Part shown: piece after piece, positions 38,104-47,992 of the stretch
Numbering within the stretch: the stretch's first letter is position 1
Layout: each line of letters starts with the position of its first letter
Origin: an uncultured Dehalococcoidia bacterium
GTDB lineage: Bacteria > Chloroflexota > Dehalococcoidia > Lucifugimonadales > UBA1127
Reading direction: 5' to 3'
Assembly: GCA_964625945.1 (NCBI GenBank)
Contig: CAZVDP010000007.1
Coordinates: 6,135 to 70,134, forward strand
Length of the DNA stretch: 64,000 bases
Notes under the pieces: generated by a model
Told to the model about the DNA's origin: nothing
The model's input: only the letters and a program-made list of their open reading frames with translations
Databases searched by the model: none
Position numbers and translations under genes: made by a program

Positions 38104-38598
38104 TTGAGAAAGCCAAGAATAGCATTTGGAACAGACCACGGTGGTTACCCTCTTGCCATAGATTTAAGAGCTTGGTTCACAACGCTAGACATTGAAGTTA
38201 TCGACCTTGGCGCACACACCTTTGATCCAGATGACGATTATCCGGATTATGCAGTATTAGTGGCCCGTACAGTTGCCAATGGGGACGCGGAAAAAGGCAT
38301 AGCAATCTGTGGGAGCGGTGTCGGCGCGTCAATGGTCGCCAACAAGATCAAGGGAATCCGTGCTTCGGTCTGCCATGATATTTATTCCGCTCATCAAGGC
38401 GTTGAGCACGACGATATGAATGTTCTTTGTATCGGAGGGCGCGTTATTGGCATAGAACTAGCTAAAGCCCTAGTTGAATCGTTCTTGGCCGCCCAATACT
38501 CCGGTGAAGAACGACACCAGCGTCGCCTCAAGAAGATTAAGACATTGGACCTAACAGATCCACCAAGTGGTCCTGACCCTAATCCTCTCTTAGATTGA
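38104..38598 (+). CDS. rpiB: Ribose-5-phosphate isomerase B
   Basis: It has the LacAB/RpiB motifs 'IAFGTDHGG', 'GIAICGSGVGASMVANK' and 'NVLCIGGRVIG'. Confidence 0.88.
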   Translation: MRKPRIAFGTDHGGYPLAIDLRAWFTTLDIEVIDLGAHTFDPDDDYPDYAVLVARTVANGDAEKGIAICGSGVGASMVANKIKGIRASVCHDIYSAHQGVEHDDMNVLCIGGRVIGIELAKALVESFLAAQYSGEERHQRRLKKIKTLDLTDPPSGPDPNPLLD

Positions 38599-38605
38599 CA
38601 CAGCT

Positions 38606-40195
38606 TTGTCTGTTCAAGAAGCCTTGCATTACATCGAACGCCATGACCTAGTCACCCGACTCTGGGACAAAGATCATGCAATCTGGGCGGCGACGCCCAG
38701 CGCGATCGCAAATAGCCTAGGCTGGTTGACGATTGCAGACCAAATGGCAGGGAATACGGGCAGCCTGTCAACATTCGCGTGCCAGATCAAAAACGATGGT
38801 TTCCGAGACATCGTCGTTCTAGGGATGGGAGGCAGCAGTTTAGTCTCAGAGGTGCTCCGGTCTGCTTTCCCGAAGCGCCAAGGATTCCCCGATCTAAAGG
38901 TGCTTGATTCCACAATCCCACACTCAATTCGACGAATGGAAGAGTTGCTCGATCTCAGGAATTCACTATTTGTGATCGCGTCTAAATCAGGAAATACTGC
39001 TGAGACGCTGTTCTTGTACCAATATTTCCGCGATCGCATCGAAACGGTAGTTGGAGCTCATAAAGCTGGCGACCACTTCGTTGCAATCACTGACCAGGGA
39101 TCCCCTCTAGAGCACTTAGCCACCGAAGAAAACTTTAGACACGTGTTCTTCTCACCTGAAGATATCGGAGGGAGATTCTCCGCTCTTTCTTACTTTGGAC
39201 TTGTCCCCGCTGCGCTCATTGGTGTCGACATCACAGTTCTTATCAAGAGAGCCCAAGATATGGCTGCGTCTTGCAAGCCTGACGTTCCTATATCCAGTAA
39301 TCCCGGCGTTTACCTTGGCTGTTTCCTAGGGAGTCATGCCCTCCATGGGCGTGACAAACTTACACTCAGTACTTCGCTCTCAATTACCGGTTTCAGCCTC
39401 TGGGTTGAGCAACTGATTGCTGAAAGCACAGGTAAATTGGGTAGAGGCATTGTGCCGATCACTTCTGAGCCACAACTAGCATTGGACGATTACGGGAACG
39501 ACCGGGTATTCATCGATCTTCGCACATCGAATGAAGATGCTGATTCTCACTTCGAGCAACTAGATTCACTCGGTCATCCATGCGAGCGATTCATCCTGCG
39601 AGATTCATATGACCTTGGTGGTGAATTCTTTCGATGGGAGTTCGCCACGGCTATCGCCAGCTCTCTTCTACGGATAAACCCATTTAGCCAGCCAAGTGTA
39701 CGGCGCATGAAGCTGGCAACTAGCAAGGTCCTAGAAAGCTACAAAATCATCGGTGAGTTACCCGAACCATCCTCCTCAGATCCTCTCGAGACCCTTGCCA
39801 AACACCTTGCAAACGGAAGCTACATAGCAATTGTTTCTTATCTCCCGCAGTCCCAAGAGTTAGACGAAGCCATCGATCACCTACGAACCACCATCACCTC
39901 TCGATACCGCGTCGCAACTACGGCCGGTTATGGACCACGTTATCTCCACTCTACAGGGCAGCTTCATAAGCAAGGCCCCAGTGATATGCTTCTCATTGAA
40001 TTAGTAGAAACCTGTTCTTCAGACCTTCAAATCCCGCGGAACCCCTACAGCTTCGGCGTTCTTACCCAAGCCCGAGCGATTGGTGACATCCAACTATTGT
40101 GTTCGTTAGGACGTAAAGCAATTCGCATTGACATTGGGAGGAATCACCAACTGGGCGTCGCTCGACTCACGGAGTCCTTGAAAAAGCATCCATAA
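38606..40195 (+). CDS. pgi: Glucose-6-phosphate isomerase (type found in Tal-Pgi fusion proteins)
   Basis: It has SIS-domain motifs 'GMGGSSL', 'ASKSGNTAET' and 'GGRFSALS'. The start is TTG. Confidence 0.8.
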   Translation: MSVQEALHYIERHDLVTRLWDKDHAIWAATPSAIANSLGWLTIADQMAGNTGSLSTFACQIKNDGFRDIVVLGMGGSSLVSEVLRSAFPKRQGFPDLKVLDSTIPHSIRRMEELLDLRNSLFVIASKSGNTAETLFLYQYFRDRIETVVGAHKAGDHFVAITDQGSPLEHLATEENFRHVFFSPEDIGGRFSALSYFGLVPAALIGVDITVLIKRAQDMAASCKPDVPISSNPGVYLGCFLGSHALHGRDKLTLSTSLSITGFSLWVEQLIAESTGKLGRGIVPITSEPQLALDDYGNDRVFIDLRTSNEDADSHFEQLDSLGHPCERFILRDSYDLGGEFFRWEFATAIASSLLRINPFSQPSVRRMKLATSKVLESYKIIGELPEPSSSDPLETLAKHLANGSYIAIVSYLPQSQELDEAIDHLRTTITSRYRVATTAGYGPRYLHSTGQLHKQGPSDMLLIELVETCSSDLQIPRNPYSFGVLTQARAIGDIQLLCSLGRKAIRIDIGRNHQLGVARLTESLKKHP

Positions 40196-40350
40196 AAAGG
40201 CTCTTTGATCGATTGAAGTGTGCATTTGGTGGGTCAGTAGTATCTTGTACGGATATCATCAAAGGGCCTTCATTGTGGACTTTAGCCAGGTTCAGTTAGA
40301 CGACCATCCCGCAAACATTCAGAAACATCAGATCTAGCGAAAGGAAGCAT

Positions 40351-41262
40351 ATGAACGTTGGAATTATCGGGGCTGGCAAGATGGGTTCCGGAATAACACG
40401 AAGACTGATCCGATCTGGTCACCGGGTCGTTATCTATGACATCGACCCGAACGCGTCTGAACTTCTCGTTCAGCAAGGCGCGTTAAAGGCGCTTGACACC
40501 CAGAATCTCGCGGAGCTTCTGCCGCCACCCCGTCTTATTTGGCTGATGTTGCCCGCCGGAAATTCAACTGAATCTACACTACAGAGCCTAATACCATTAT
40601 GCCGAAAAGGGGATATTTTCATAGACGGTAGTAATTCGCACTATGAAGACAGCCTGCGAAGATCTTTGATGCTAAAGCCTAATGGCTATGCCTTCCTCGA
40701 CGTTGGCGTAAGTGGTGGCACTTGGGGTGATGAATTCGGCTTCTGCCTTATGATAGGCGGCGACAAGCAGATATTCCGAAAGGTTGAACCAGTGTTCCGA
40801 GACCTTGCCCCAAAAGCAGAACCAGGATACGCGTATGTAGGAAATTCAGGGTCTGGGCATTTTGTGAAGATGATTCATAACGCTATCGAATATGGTTTAA
40901 TGCAATCTTACGCCGAAGGAATTGACCTTCTGGATGCCAAAAGAGACGAGTTCGACATTGACATAGGCCAGATAGCGCGCTTGTGGACATCTGGTAGTGT
41001 AATCCGCTCTTGGCTTCTTGAATTAATAGCGTCCCTATTAGTCAAGGACTCGAAGCTAGATAGCTTCAAGCCTATAGTAGCGGACTCTGGGTTAGGTCGG
41101 TGGGCAGTACTCGAGGCGGTCAATATGGGTATCCCAGCACCAAGCATAACCAGTGCTCTTGACGCGAGATTTAGTTCGCAAAGGAGCAACCCTCTCTCAG
41201 CTCGTCTGCTCTCGGCACTACGACAGGAATTTGGGGGACACCTTGCCGAAAGGAATGATTAA
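40351..41262 (+). CDS. gnd: 6-phosphogluconate dehydrogenase, decarboxylating (short ~300-aa type)
   Basis: It has the Rossmann motif 'VGIIGAGKMG', plus 'DVGVSGG' and 'GSGHFVKMIHNAIEYG'. Confidence 0.85.
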   Translation: MNVGIIGAGKMGSGITRRLIRSGHRVVIYDIDPNASELLVQQGALKALDTQNLAELLPPPRLIWLMLPAGNSTESTLQSLIPLCRKGDIFIDGSNSHYEDSLRRSLMLKPNGYAFLDVGVSGGTWGDEFGFCLMIGGDKQIFRKVEPVFRDLAPKAEPGYAYVGNSGSGHFVKMIHNAIEYGLMQSYAEGIDLLDAKRDEFDIDIGQIARLWTSGSVIRSWLLELIASLLVKDSKLDSFKPIVADSGLGRWAVLEAVNMGIPAPSITSALDARFSSQRSNPLSARLLSALRQEFGGHLAERND

Positions 41263-41300
41263 TTGATCACTAGAGAGACAGCCTACCCAAGATAAACTGT

Positions 41301-42476
41301 TTACGTTAGCATCCTTTGGCCATATAACCTTACGGAGTTATCCCAAAGGATTTTCCGTTTTGCCTGTTCAGAAATCGGCTGATCAAGTAGCGACGGTATT
41401 GCCTTGTCAGGATCGGCTGCATCAGGATGCGGATAGTCTGTATTCCAGACTATATTATCCTCGCCACTCAGTTCAACAGCAGCCTTTACTGCGGCCTCAT
41501 CCCCGTCACACGCCACAAATCCTTGCCTAAAGAAATACTCGCTCGGTTTCAGAGTCAGTGGAGGCGCATCGAAGAACACTGCCTGTCGTCGTCCCTCTAC
41601 AGCATGATCATCCAAGCGTCCAAGCCAAAACGGAAGCCATCCAGAACTCCCCTCGAGGAAGGAAACCCTCAGCTTGGGGAATCGCTCAAGAATACCGCTG
41701 TAGATAACATGACCCATCGAGATCATGTTCTCCATTGGAAACCCCATCGCGTGTTCTAGGGCGATAAACTGGCCGGGCTGTTGTTGATACCGACTTCCAA
41801 CGTGTGGGGTCCCACTCATCACCCCATGGAACGACATTGGGATATCTAACTCAACAGCTGAATTCCAGAAAGGGTCATAATACGAATCATGCCACCATTT
41901 CCCAGGTACGGACATGGGAACCGTCACTGTCACTGCTCCTAGTTGTTCGACCGCACGTCTAGTCTCGCCTACGAGACCTTCAATATCATGTTGATTCGGC
42001 AGTTCGGCTACCATCTTGATGCGCGATGGGTCTGCCGAGCAGAAATCATGTGCCCAGTTATTCCACGCCCTCGTGAGACCTGCCATCAACATTGGATCGT
42101 GTCCCAAGAGTCTCAAAGGGGCACTACCACCAGGGATACAAACCATTTTGTCCCATCCGTATGTGCCCATATCTTTTAGGCGGCTCTCCGCATTGAAGTC
42201 AGCTTCCCAAGCTGCTCCCCATTTCAAATGCATCTGATCCGTGACCTTTTGCGGCCGGAGAACCTTACTTTGTCGACCACCACCACCGCCGGTTCTACCC
42301 GGCCCAGTCCCTTCAGGGTAAAGTTCACACGGGGAATAGTGATGGAACATTTTATTTTCCCACAAATGTACCAATGGCCGCCGATCATGGAATTCGGGTT
42401 CAACGTAGCGATCCCAAATATCCCCTGGTGGCTGCATATGTGCGTCTGCATCTATCACTTGAAATCCACGATACAT
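41301..42476 (-). CDS. Amidohydrolase_2 (ACMSD/LigW-like) family metal-dependent hydrolase/decarboxylase
   Basis: It has 'VIDADAHM', a conserved His/Asp pattern and 'WNTDYPHPD' near the C-terminus. Confidence 0.72.
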   Translation of the reverse strand: MYRGFQVIDADAHMQPPGDIWDRYVEPEFHDRRPLVHLWENKMFHHYSPCELYPEGTGPGRTGGGGGRQSKVLRPQKVTDQMHLKWGAAWEADFNAESRLKDMGTYGWDKMVCIPGGSAPLRLLGHDPMLMAGLTRAWNNWAHDFCSADPSRIKMVAELPNQHDIEGLVGETRRAVEQLGAVTVTVPMSVPGKWWHDSYYDPFWNSAVELDIPMSFHGVMSGTPHVGSRYQQQPGQFIALEHAMGFPMENMISMGHVIYSGILERFPKLRVSFLEGSSGWLPFWLGRLDDHAVEGRRQAVFFDAPPLTLKPSEYFFRQGFVACDGDEAAVKAAVELSGEDNIVWNTDYPHPDAADPDKAIPSLLDQPISEQAKRKILWDNSVRLYGQRMLT

Positions 42477-42637
42477 TTTGTCCTCCTCGAGTATCCACGG
42501 ATTGTGCTGGTCACTTTAACCTAGATTAATTAACGCCAATTGTAAATACAATCCCGCCGACTGATCTCATAGGAATGCCTATTTCCCGTCCCAGAGGTTT
42601 AATCGTTAAGCAAGGAGAGCCGATCTGTCCGCCGTAC

Positions 42638-43762
42638 TCACCACTGCACAAACATAGGCATAATCACGTGAACGTAGTTATCCGAACCGAGCGGCCGGAA
42701 CACGCCAGGGCTAGACGGGTTTGTCAGCTCCACGGTTACATTCTGCTCTCCGATAACGTTGAGCACATCAATCAGGTACTTGCTACTAAAAGCGACTTTC
42801 GCTTCTTCACCTTCGATCTGTGCATCCATTTCTGATTTGTTTTCTCCAACTTCGTCGGCTCGAGCTAACATGTGTAATGATCCAGGAGAGCCAGGAGTAA
42901 GATGCAGTCGTACTATTCCGCTACCATCCCTAGCAAAGATTGCCGCCGTACGGGTAGTTCTGAGAAACCCGTCAACTTCCACTGTAGATCGAGTAGTCCA
43001 TTGTTGAGGGATAAGCTGGGTGTAATTAGGAAATGACCCTTGTATAAGTTGAGAAACCATCTCTGTGTTTTCGAGTTGGAAAAGGATCTGCCCTCGATCA
43101 GCGTCCAATCGGATCTCCACCAGTTGATCGTGATCACCGAGTAAACGATTCAATTCCGAAAAGCTTTTAGCAGGTACAATCGCGGAAACTGATTCTGAGA
43201 TTGAGTCATCGACAGGGCTGCTATGTACAGCCAATCTAAACCCGTCAGCCGCAGCCAAGGTAAACTTTCCTTCACCTAATTCCATTTGGACTCCGGTTAG
43301 AACTGGACGATCTTCTGTCGTGGCGGCTGCGAACACCACCTCAGTGACTGCTTTCCGAAGAACTTTGGAATGCACCTGGACCGAAATACCACTACTGACC
43401 ATAGGGAGTGGCGGGAATTCAACTGCATCAGTACCCATTATCCGCGCATCAAATCGCGCGCAATTTACGGTAAGCGAATAAGGATCGACCTCAGACGTAA
43501 GATTAACGTTCTCATTAGGAAGTGCTCCAACAAATTCTGACAGCAGCCTCGCGGGCACCGTCAGGGACCCTTCTTCTATAATCTCGCCAGGCACCCAAGT
43601 GCTAACGGCAATTTCGAGGTTAGTAGCAGAAAGCTTCAGCCGTGACTCATCAGTCTCAAGTAGCACGTTCTGTGTAATCGGCAAGGTTGTCCGAGAGGCA
43701 ACAGCCCTGCCAATAATGTTCAAACCCTTATAGAGATTTTCTTGCAGGCATGTAACGCGCAT
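42638..43762 (-). CDS. dnaN: DNA polymerase III subunit beta (sliding clamp)
   Basis: It has the three-domain clamp pattern 'LPITQNVLLE', 'RPVLTGV' and 'MPM' near the C-terminus. Homology begins at 'MRVTCLQENL' (ATG 43762), whereas the track ORF begins at 43822. Confidence 0.9.
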   Translation of the reverse strand: MRVTCLQENLYKGLNIIGRAVASRTTLPITQNVLLETDESRLKLSATNLEIAVSTWVPGEIIEEGSLTVPARLLSEFVGALPNENVNLTSEVDPYSLTVNCARFDARIMGTDAVEFPPLPMVSSGISVQVHSKVLRKAVTEVVFAAATTEDRPVLTGVQMELGEGKFTLAAADGFRLAVHSSPVDDSISESVSAIVPAKSFSELNRLLGDHDQLVEIRLDADRGQILFQLENTEMVSQLIQGSFPNYTQLIPQQWTTRSTVEVDGFLRTTRTAAIFARDGSGIVRLHLTPGSPGSLHMLARADEVGENKSEMDAQIEGEEAKVAFSSKYLIDVLNVIGEQNVTVELTNPSSPGVFRPLGSDNYVHVIMPMFVQW

Positions 43763-43909
43763 AAAAGACCCCGGCAAGTTGATAATTGCCGCCAGTATAC
43801 GAGCAGCACGTAATAGAGTCAACGAAATTTCTTGGCTCTTACGCCCGTATACCAGCTATAATGCCGACAACACTTCTTATACAAAGGAATCATCATAAAC
43901 ACCGAGATT

Positions 43910-44668
43910 TTGAGAGATCTCCTGACTCGTGTGAGTCAGGGAACTGTGCCTATCGACCAAGCCGTTAAGGCGTTAACCGTCCTCCCATACGAGGATATCG
44001 GGTTTGCGAAGATCGACCATCACCGCACGCTACGTAGGGGCTTTCCTGAAGTAATTTTTGGCCTTGGAAAGACTGCTAAACAGATTGGCACAATTGCACA
44101 CCGAATCACCAAGCAAGCGGATCGTGTCCTTATCACTAAAGCCAGCCCAGCGGCATTTCGGTCCGTAAGGAAACATCTTCCGGATGCAAATTACTCTGAC
44201 CTAGCCCGTATAATTACACTTGATCGTCGACACAACACATCTCTCAAGCCCGGAGTACTGGTGATTTCCGCAGGAACAGCTGACTTGCCGATTGCCGAAG
44301 AGGCCGCACTAACCGCCGAATTCTTTGGTTGCCAAGTGATCCGTATCAACGACGTCGGAGTCGCAGGGATACACAGGCTGCTTGATCAGTTGCCCACACT
44401 GCGAGAGGCACATGTCTTGATCGTTGTAGCCGGTATGGAAGGAGCGCTCCCAAGTGTGGTTGGGGGACTAGTAGATGGAGTGGTGATCGCTGTGCCAACA
44501 AGCGTCGGATATGGCGCCCATTTTGAGGGGTTATCCGCGTTGCTCAGCATGCTAAATAGCTGTGTTCCGGGGATCGCCGTGGTAAACATTGACAACGGAT
44601 TTGGAGCAGGCTACCTAGCCGCAAGTATTAACATGAAACTAGAGAAGCCTCTCGCTGAGCATCAATAG
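43910..44668 (+). CDS. larB: LarB-type (PurE-like) nickel-pincer cofactor biosynthesis carboxylase/hydrolase
   Basis: It has 'DHHRTLRRGFPEVIFGLGKT', 'SAGTADLPIAEEA', 'DVGVAGIHRL', 'AGMEGALPSVVGGL' and 'VNIDNGFGAG'. Confidence 0.78.
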   Translation: MRDLLTRVSQGTVPIDQAVKALTVLPYEDIGFAKIDHHRTLRRGFPEVIFGLGKTAKQIGTIAHRITKQADRVLITKASPAAFRSVRKHLPDANYSDLARIITLDRRHNTSLKPGVLVISAGTADLPIAEEAALTAEFFGCQVIRINDVGVAGIHRLLDQLPTLREAHVLIVVAGMEGALPSVVGGLVDGVVIAVPTSVGYGAHFEGLSALLSMLNSCVPGIAVVNIDNGFGAGYLAASINMKLEKPLAEHQ

Positions 44669-44690
44669 ATCTTAGAAGGGATCGACGCGC

Positions 44691-44918
44691 CTAGCCACTG
44701 ACTCTTTTTATCTCTAGAGTTTCTCCGGGAGCGAGCGCTACCCGCCGCATAGTAATTCCGAGTTTCAACAGCCAATAGCCCAAGACCGAGTTGCTAATCC
44801 CAAGTGCCACTGCCGTGTCCGTAAGTCCACGTTCATTGACCATTTCAGGCAACAGACGCTCCAGAGGTCTATTGAAACGATCTTCGACGGTTCGCATCAG
44901 CTTAGTTTTCCTAGCCAT
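44691..44918 (-). CDS. Small hypothetical protein with a probable helix-turn-helix
   Basis: It is a 75-aa ORF, and 'LTDTAVALGISNSVLGYWLLKLG' is HTH-like. Confidence 0.45.
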   Translation of the reverse strand: MARKTKLMRTVEDRFNRPLERLLPEMVNERGLTDTAVALGISNSVLGYWLLKLGITMRRVALAPGETLEIKRVSG

Positions 44919-45200
44919 TTTATAATACCCCCTGGATAAACAGACCAGCTAACGACCTCAAGACTAACCACTTCTTTACACAATGTCAATATATATATCT
45001 TTAATTAATCATAATTATACAAAAATATTCCAATAGTTATTCAATACCGTGTGACACTTCTGGTGTTTCTGATATGTCTCATACCCTCGCATAGGCATTT
45101 ACCCAGCCACACATCATTACTAAACTACTACTGTAGCCCAGTTTCCATGGACAGTACGAATGGCATAGCGCTATAATAGGCGATAGGAAGTGACGTCACA

Positions 45201-45593
45201 ATGAAGCTACAAACAGGCGTTGACATCATCGAACTCGACCGAATTGCCTCCGCTCTCGAGCGTTGGGGCCAGCGATTTTTGTCCCGGATATATACGGAAC
45301 ATGAGATATCGTTCGCACGTGGCCGTATCCCCCAACTTGCAGGTCGCTTCGCAGCGAAAGAAGCGGTAATGAAAGCTTTGGGGACGGGGCGCTACGGTGT
45401 ATCCTGGCGTGAAATCGGAGTTGAGCGCAAACGTGGCCAAGCACCTCAGATTGTATTAACAGGCAGAGCCTTAGCAAGATCTCTATCCATGAACCTTGGT
45501 GAGATCTCGATCTCAATCTCACATTCACGGGACTATGCAGTCGCAATAGTGGTGTGTACCAGTTATGAATATAGTCACGAAAGCAGAAATTAA
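45201..45593 (+). CDS. acpS: Holo-[acyl-carrier-protein] synthase
   Basis: It has 'GVDIIELDRI', 'FAAKEAVMKALG' and 'ISISHSRDYAVA'. Confidence 0.88.
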   Translation: MKLQTGVDIIELDRIASALERWGQRFLSRIYTEHEISFARGRIPQLAGRFAAKEAVMKALGTGRYGVSWREIGVERKRGQAPQIVLTGRALARSLSMNLGEISISISHSRDYAVAIVVCTSYEYSHESRN

Positions 45594-47193
45594 GGTTCTC
45601 GAACTTGAAGCCAATGATCTAGGTCTAAGTGAAGACACCCTGATCAATCGAGCCGGGTTACTAATCGCCTCGTTTACCCACCAACGCCTTCAACCCCCTG
45701 ATGGAGTTGTGGTCCTAGTCGGATCCGGAAACAATGGATCAGATGGGATCGTGGCAGCCTTGCATCTCCATCAGCTGGGTCATGAAGTTCTCCTCTACAT
45801 CTGTAATCACCGATCCTCACAAGATCCGTACTTGGAAGGAGCAAGAGAAACTGGAATTAACATTATTGAAGCTGTCGAAGATACCGAACAAAGCAACCTG
45901 AAACATTATGTAAACTCCTCTGCCGTCGTGATCGACGCTGTTATCGGTACCGGGCGTAATCGCCCATTGAATAAAATGACCTCTTCAGTCTTTAACGTTA
46001 TACGGCAACACAAATTGACCAATCACAGGCTCTCTGTGATTGCTATAGACTTACCATCTGGTTTGGACGCAGATACTGGCAATAAGGATGTAAATTCACT
46101 TCACGCTGATGTAACGATATCCCTCGGATACCCAAAGCGAGGCCTATTTCTCCTCCCAGGCGCCGAACTATCAGGTCAACTAGTTATTGGGAGCATCGGT
46201 TTAGATGAAACAAAGCTTCGCATGAAAGCCCCAACTCTACTCACCCCAAAATGGGTTCAAGCCCACCTCCCCGACAGATCACGATTCGCTACCAAAAGAT
46301 CCCATGGCCGTGTTCTAACAGTGGCCGGATCTAGGGAATATCCAGGGGCAGCATACCTCGCTACAATGGGCGCCGCGCGAGCAGGAGCCGGCCTGGTCAC
46401 TCTAATAACAGCACCTGAAATCCAACAAACCATGGCTAGCAAACTTGTCGAAGTAACTCACCTCATCCCTCCGCAAAATGACAAAAAGCGGTTCGGCGCT
46501 GGAACAGGCTTCTGGATCCGTCAACAGCTGGCAACGTACGACGCTCTCATAATAGGCTGTGGGCTCGGTCGATCAACCGAATCTCAAGCCGTGGTCAGTG
46601 AAACACTATTAACTACCCAGTCCGAGGCAAAGCCTACAGTAGTTGACGCGGACGCCTTAAACACGTTGGCGGTTACGCCTGAATGGTGGAAGCGGATTTC
46701 CAGTCAAACAATCCTTACCCCGCACTCACGCGAGATGAGCCGCCTTGCGGGCGTCTCACTTGAACAAGTTGATGAAAACCGCTGGGAGATTGCCCTTGAA
46801 TCTGCCTACCGTTGGGGAGTCGTCGTACTCCTAAAAGGACCATTCTCAGTTATAGCTTCACCATCCGGGGAACTCCGGATAATTCCGTTCGCAAACCCAG
46901 TCTTAGCTACCGCTGGTACCGGTGATGTTTTAGCTGGGATTATAGGAGCCATGCTCGCGCGCAATATGTCTCCGTTTGATGCAGCGACCATAGGGGCAGC
47001 CATACACGGCATAGCAGGGGAATTGTTAGAAGTAGATCTCGGGAACCAAGGAGCATTGGCCACGGACCTCCTTACACATCTACCTCGCGCTATAAGATCT
47101 ATGAACACAGCTTGGCCTGTGCGGGAATTCCAAGAAACAGGTCTTCTCCATGTCGACGCGGAACCCAGAGCCCCGACGACGTGCGTTCATTAA
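45565..47193 (+). CDS. nnr: Bifunctional NAD(P)H-hydrate repair enzyme (epimerase + ADP-dependent dehydratase)
   Basis: The YjeF N-domain has 'GSGNNGSDG' and the C-domain has 'HGRVLTVAGS..YPGAA' and 'TAGTGDVLAG'. It overlaps acpS by 29 nt. Confidence 0.88.
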   Translation: MNIVTKAEIKVLELEANDLGLSEDTLINRAGLLIASFTHQRLQPPDGVVVLVGSGNNGSDGIVAALHLHQLGHEVLLYICNHRSSQDPYLEGARETGINIIEAVEDTEQSNLKHYVNSSAVVIDAVIGTGRNRPLNKMTSSVFNVIRQHKLTNHRLSVIAIDLPSGLDADTGNKDVNSLHADVTISLGYPKRGLFLLPGAELSGQLVIGSIGLDETKLRMKAPTLLTPKWVQAHLPDRSRFATKRSHGRVLTVAGSREYPGAAYLATMGAARAGAGLVTLITAPEIQQTMASKLVEVTHLIPPQNDKKRFGAGTGFWIRQQLATYDALIIGCGLGRSTESQAVVSETLLTTQSEAKPTVVDADALNTLAVTPEWWKRISSQTILTPHSREMSRLAGVSLEQVDENRWEIALESAYRWGVVVLLKGPFSVIASPSGELRIIPFANPVLATAGTGDVLAGIIGAMLARNMSPFDAATIGAAIHGIAGELLEVDLGNQGALATDLLTHLPRAIRSMNTAWPVREFQETGLLHVDAEPRAPTTCVH

Positions 47194-47219
47194 TCCAATC
47201 CCGCTATAATATACTGACC

Positions 47220-47984
47220 ATGTTCTTAGCACTTGACATCGGGAATAGCAATATAAGTCTTGGCGTTTTCCAGGATGATGAACTTCAACACACCTGGAGA
47301 ATCGCTACGGAACCAGACAGGTTGCCAGATGAATACGACGTCCTACTACGGTCGCTTCTTTCCCTAAAAGGGATAACTGCAGATACGATTCAAGGGATCG
47401 CCATTTGTAGCGTAGTACCACAACTTACGCCAGTGTTTGAAACTGTCTCCAATAACGTATTCGAGACAAAACCTCTAGTGGTGGGAACAGGGACTCGCAC
47501 CGGTGTACGCGTACTTTGCGATAACCCCCGTGAAGTAGGCACTGACCGAATTGTCGATACGGCAGCCGCACACCACCTGTACGGAGGGCCAATAGTAATT
47601 GTAGATTTTGGCACCGCAACGGTATTTGATGCAGTTAATAGTTCCGGAGAATACCTGGGAGGGGCTATCACTCCTGGAATCAACATGGCAGCAGACGCTT
47701 TGTACCGAAAGACGGCCCAACTTCGACGTGTCGAATTGACCGCTCCTTCAAGTGCGATCGGACGGAATACCGTCACAGCTCTTCAATCAGGCCTAGTTTA
47801 TGGACACGTAGAGATGGTTGAAGGTATGGTAAACAGATTCCAGAAAGAACTGGGACCCGATACAAAGGTGGTAGCTACTGGCGGGAATGCACCATTGATT
47901 GCGCAACATACCAAGGTTTTTTCTCATGTAAATCTGGCATTGACGCTAGTAGGACTAAAACTTATTCATGCGATAAACGACTAG
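47220..47984 (+). CDS. coaX: Type III pantothenate kinase
   Basis: It has 'LALDIGNSN', 'GTDR', 'VDFGTATVFD' and 'ATGG'. The track ORF starts at 47112, overlapping nnr, but homology begins at ATG 47220. Confidence 0.9.
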   Translation: MFLALDIGNSNISLGVFQDDELQHTWRIATEPDRLPDEYDVLLRSLLSLKGITADTIQGIAICSVVPQLTPVFETVSNNVFETKPLVVGTGTRTGVRVLCDNPREVGTDRIVDTAAAHHLYGGPIVIVDFGTATVFDAVNSSGEYLGGAITPGINMAADALYRKTAQLRRVELTAPSSAIGRNTVTALQSGLVYGHVEMVEGMVNRFQKELGPDTKVVATGGNAPLIAQHTKVFSHVNLALTLVGLKLIHAIND

Positions 47985-47992
47985 GTGTACTG

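Noticed and set aside
44919-45200. The AT-rich region about 1.2 kb from dnaN could be a replication origin.
   Set aside because: There is no dnaA gene nearby. I found only one weak DnaA-box-like match (cCTGGATAA, 7/9) rather than a cluster. The region is better explained as divergent promoters.
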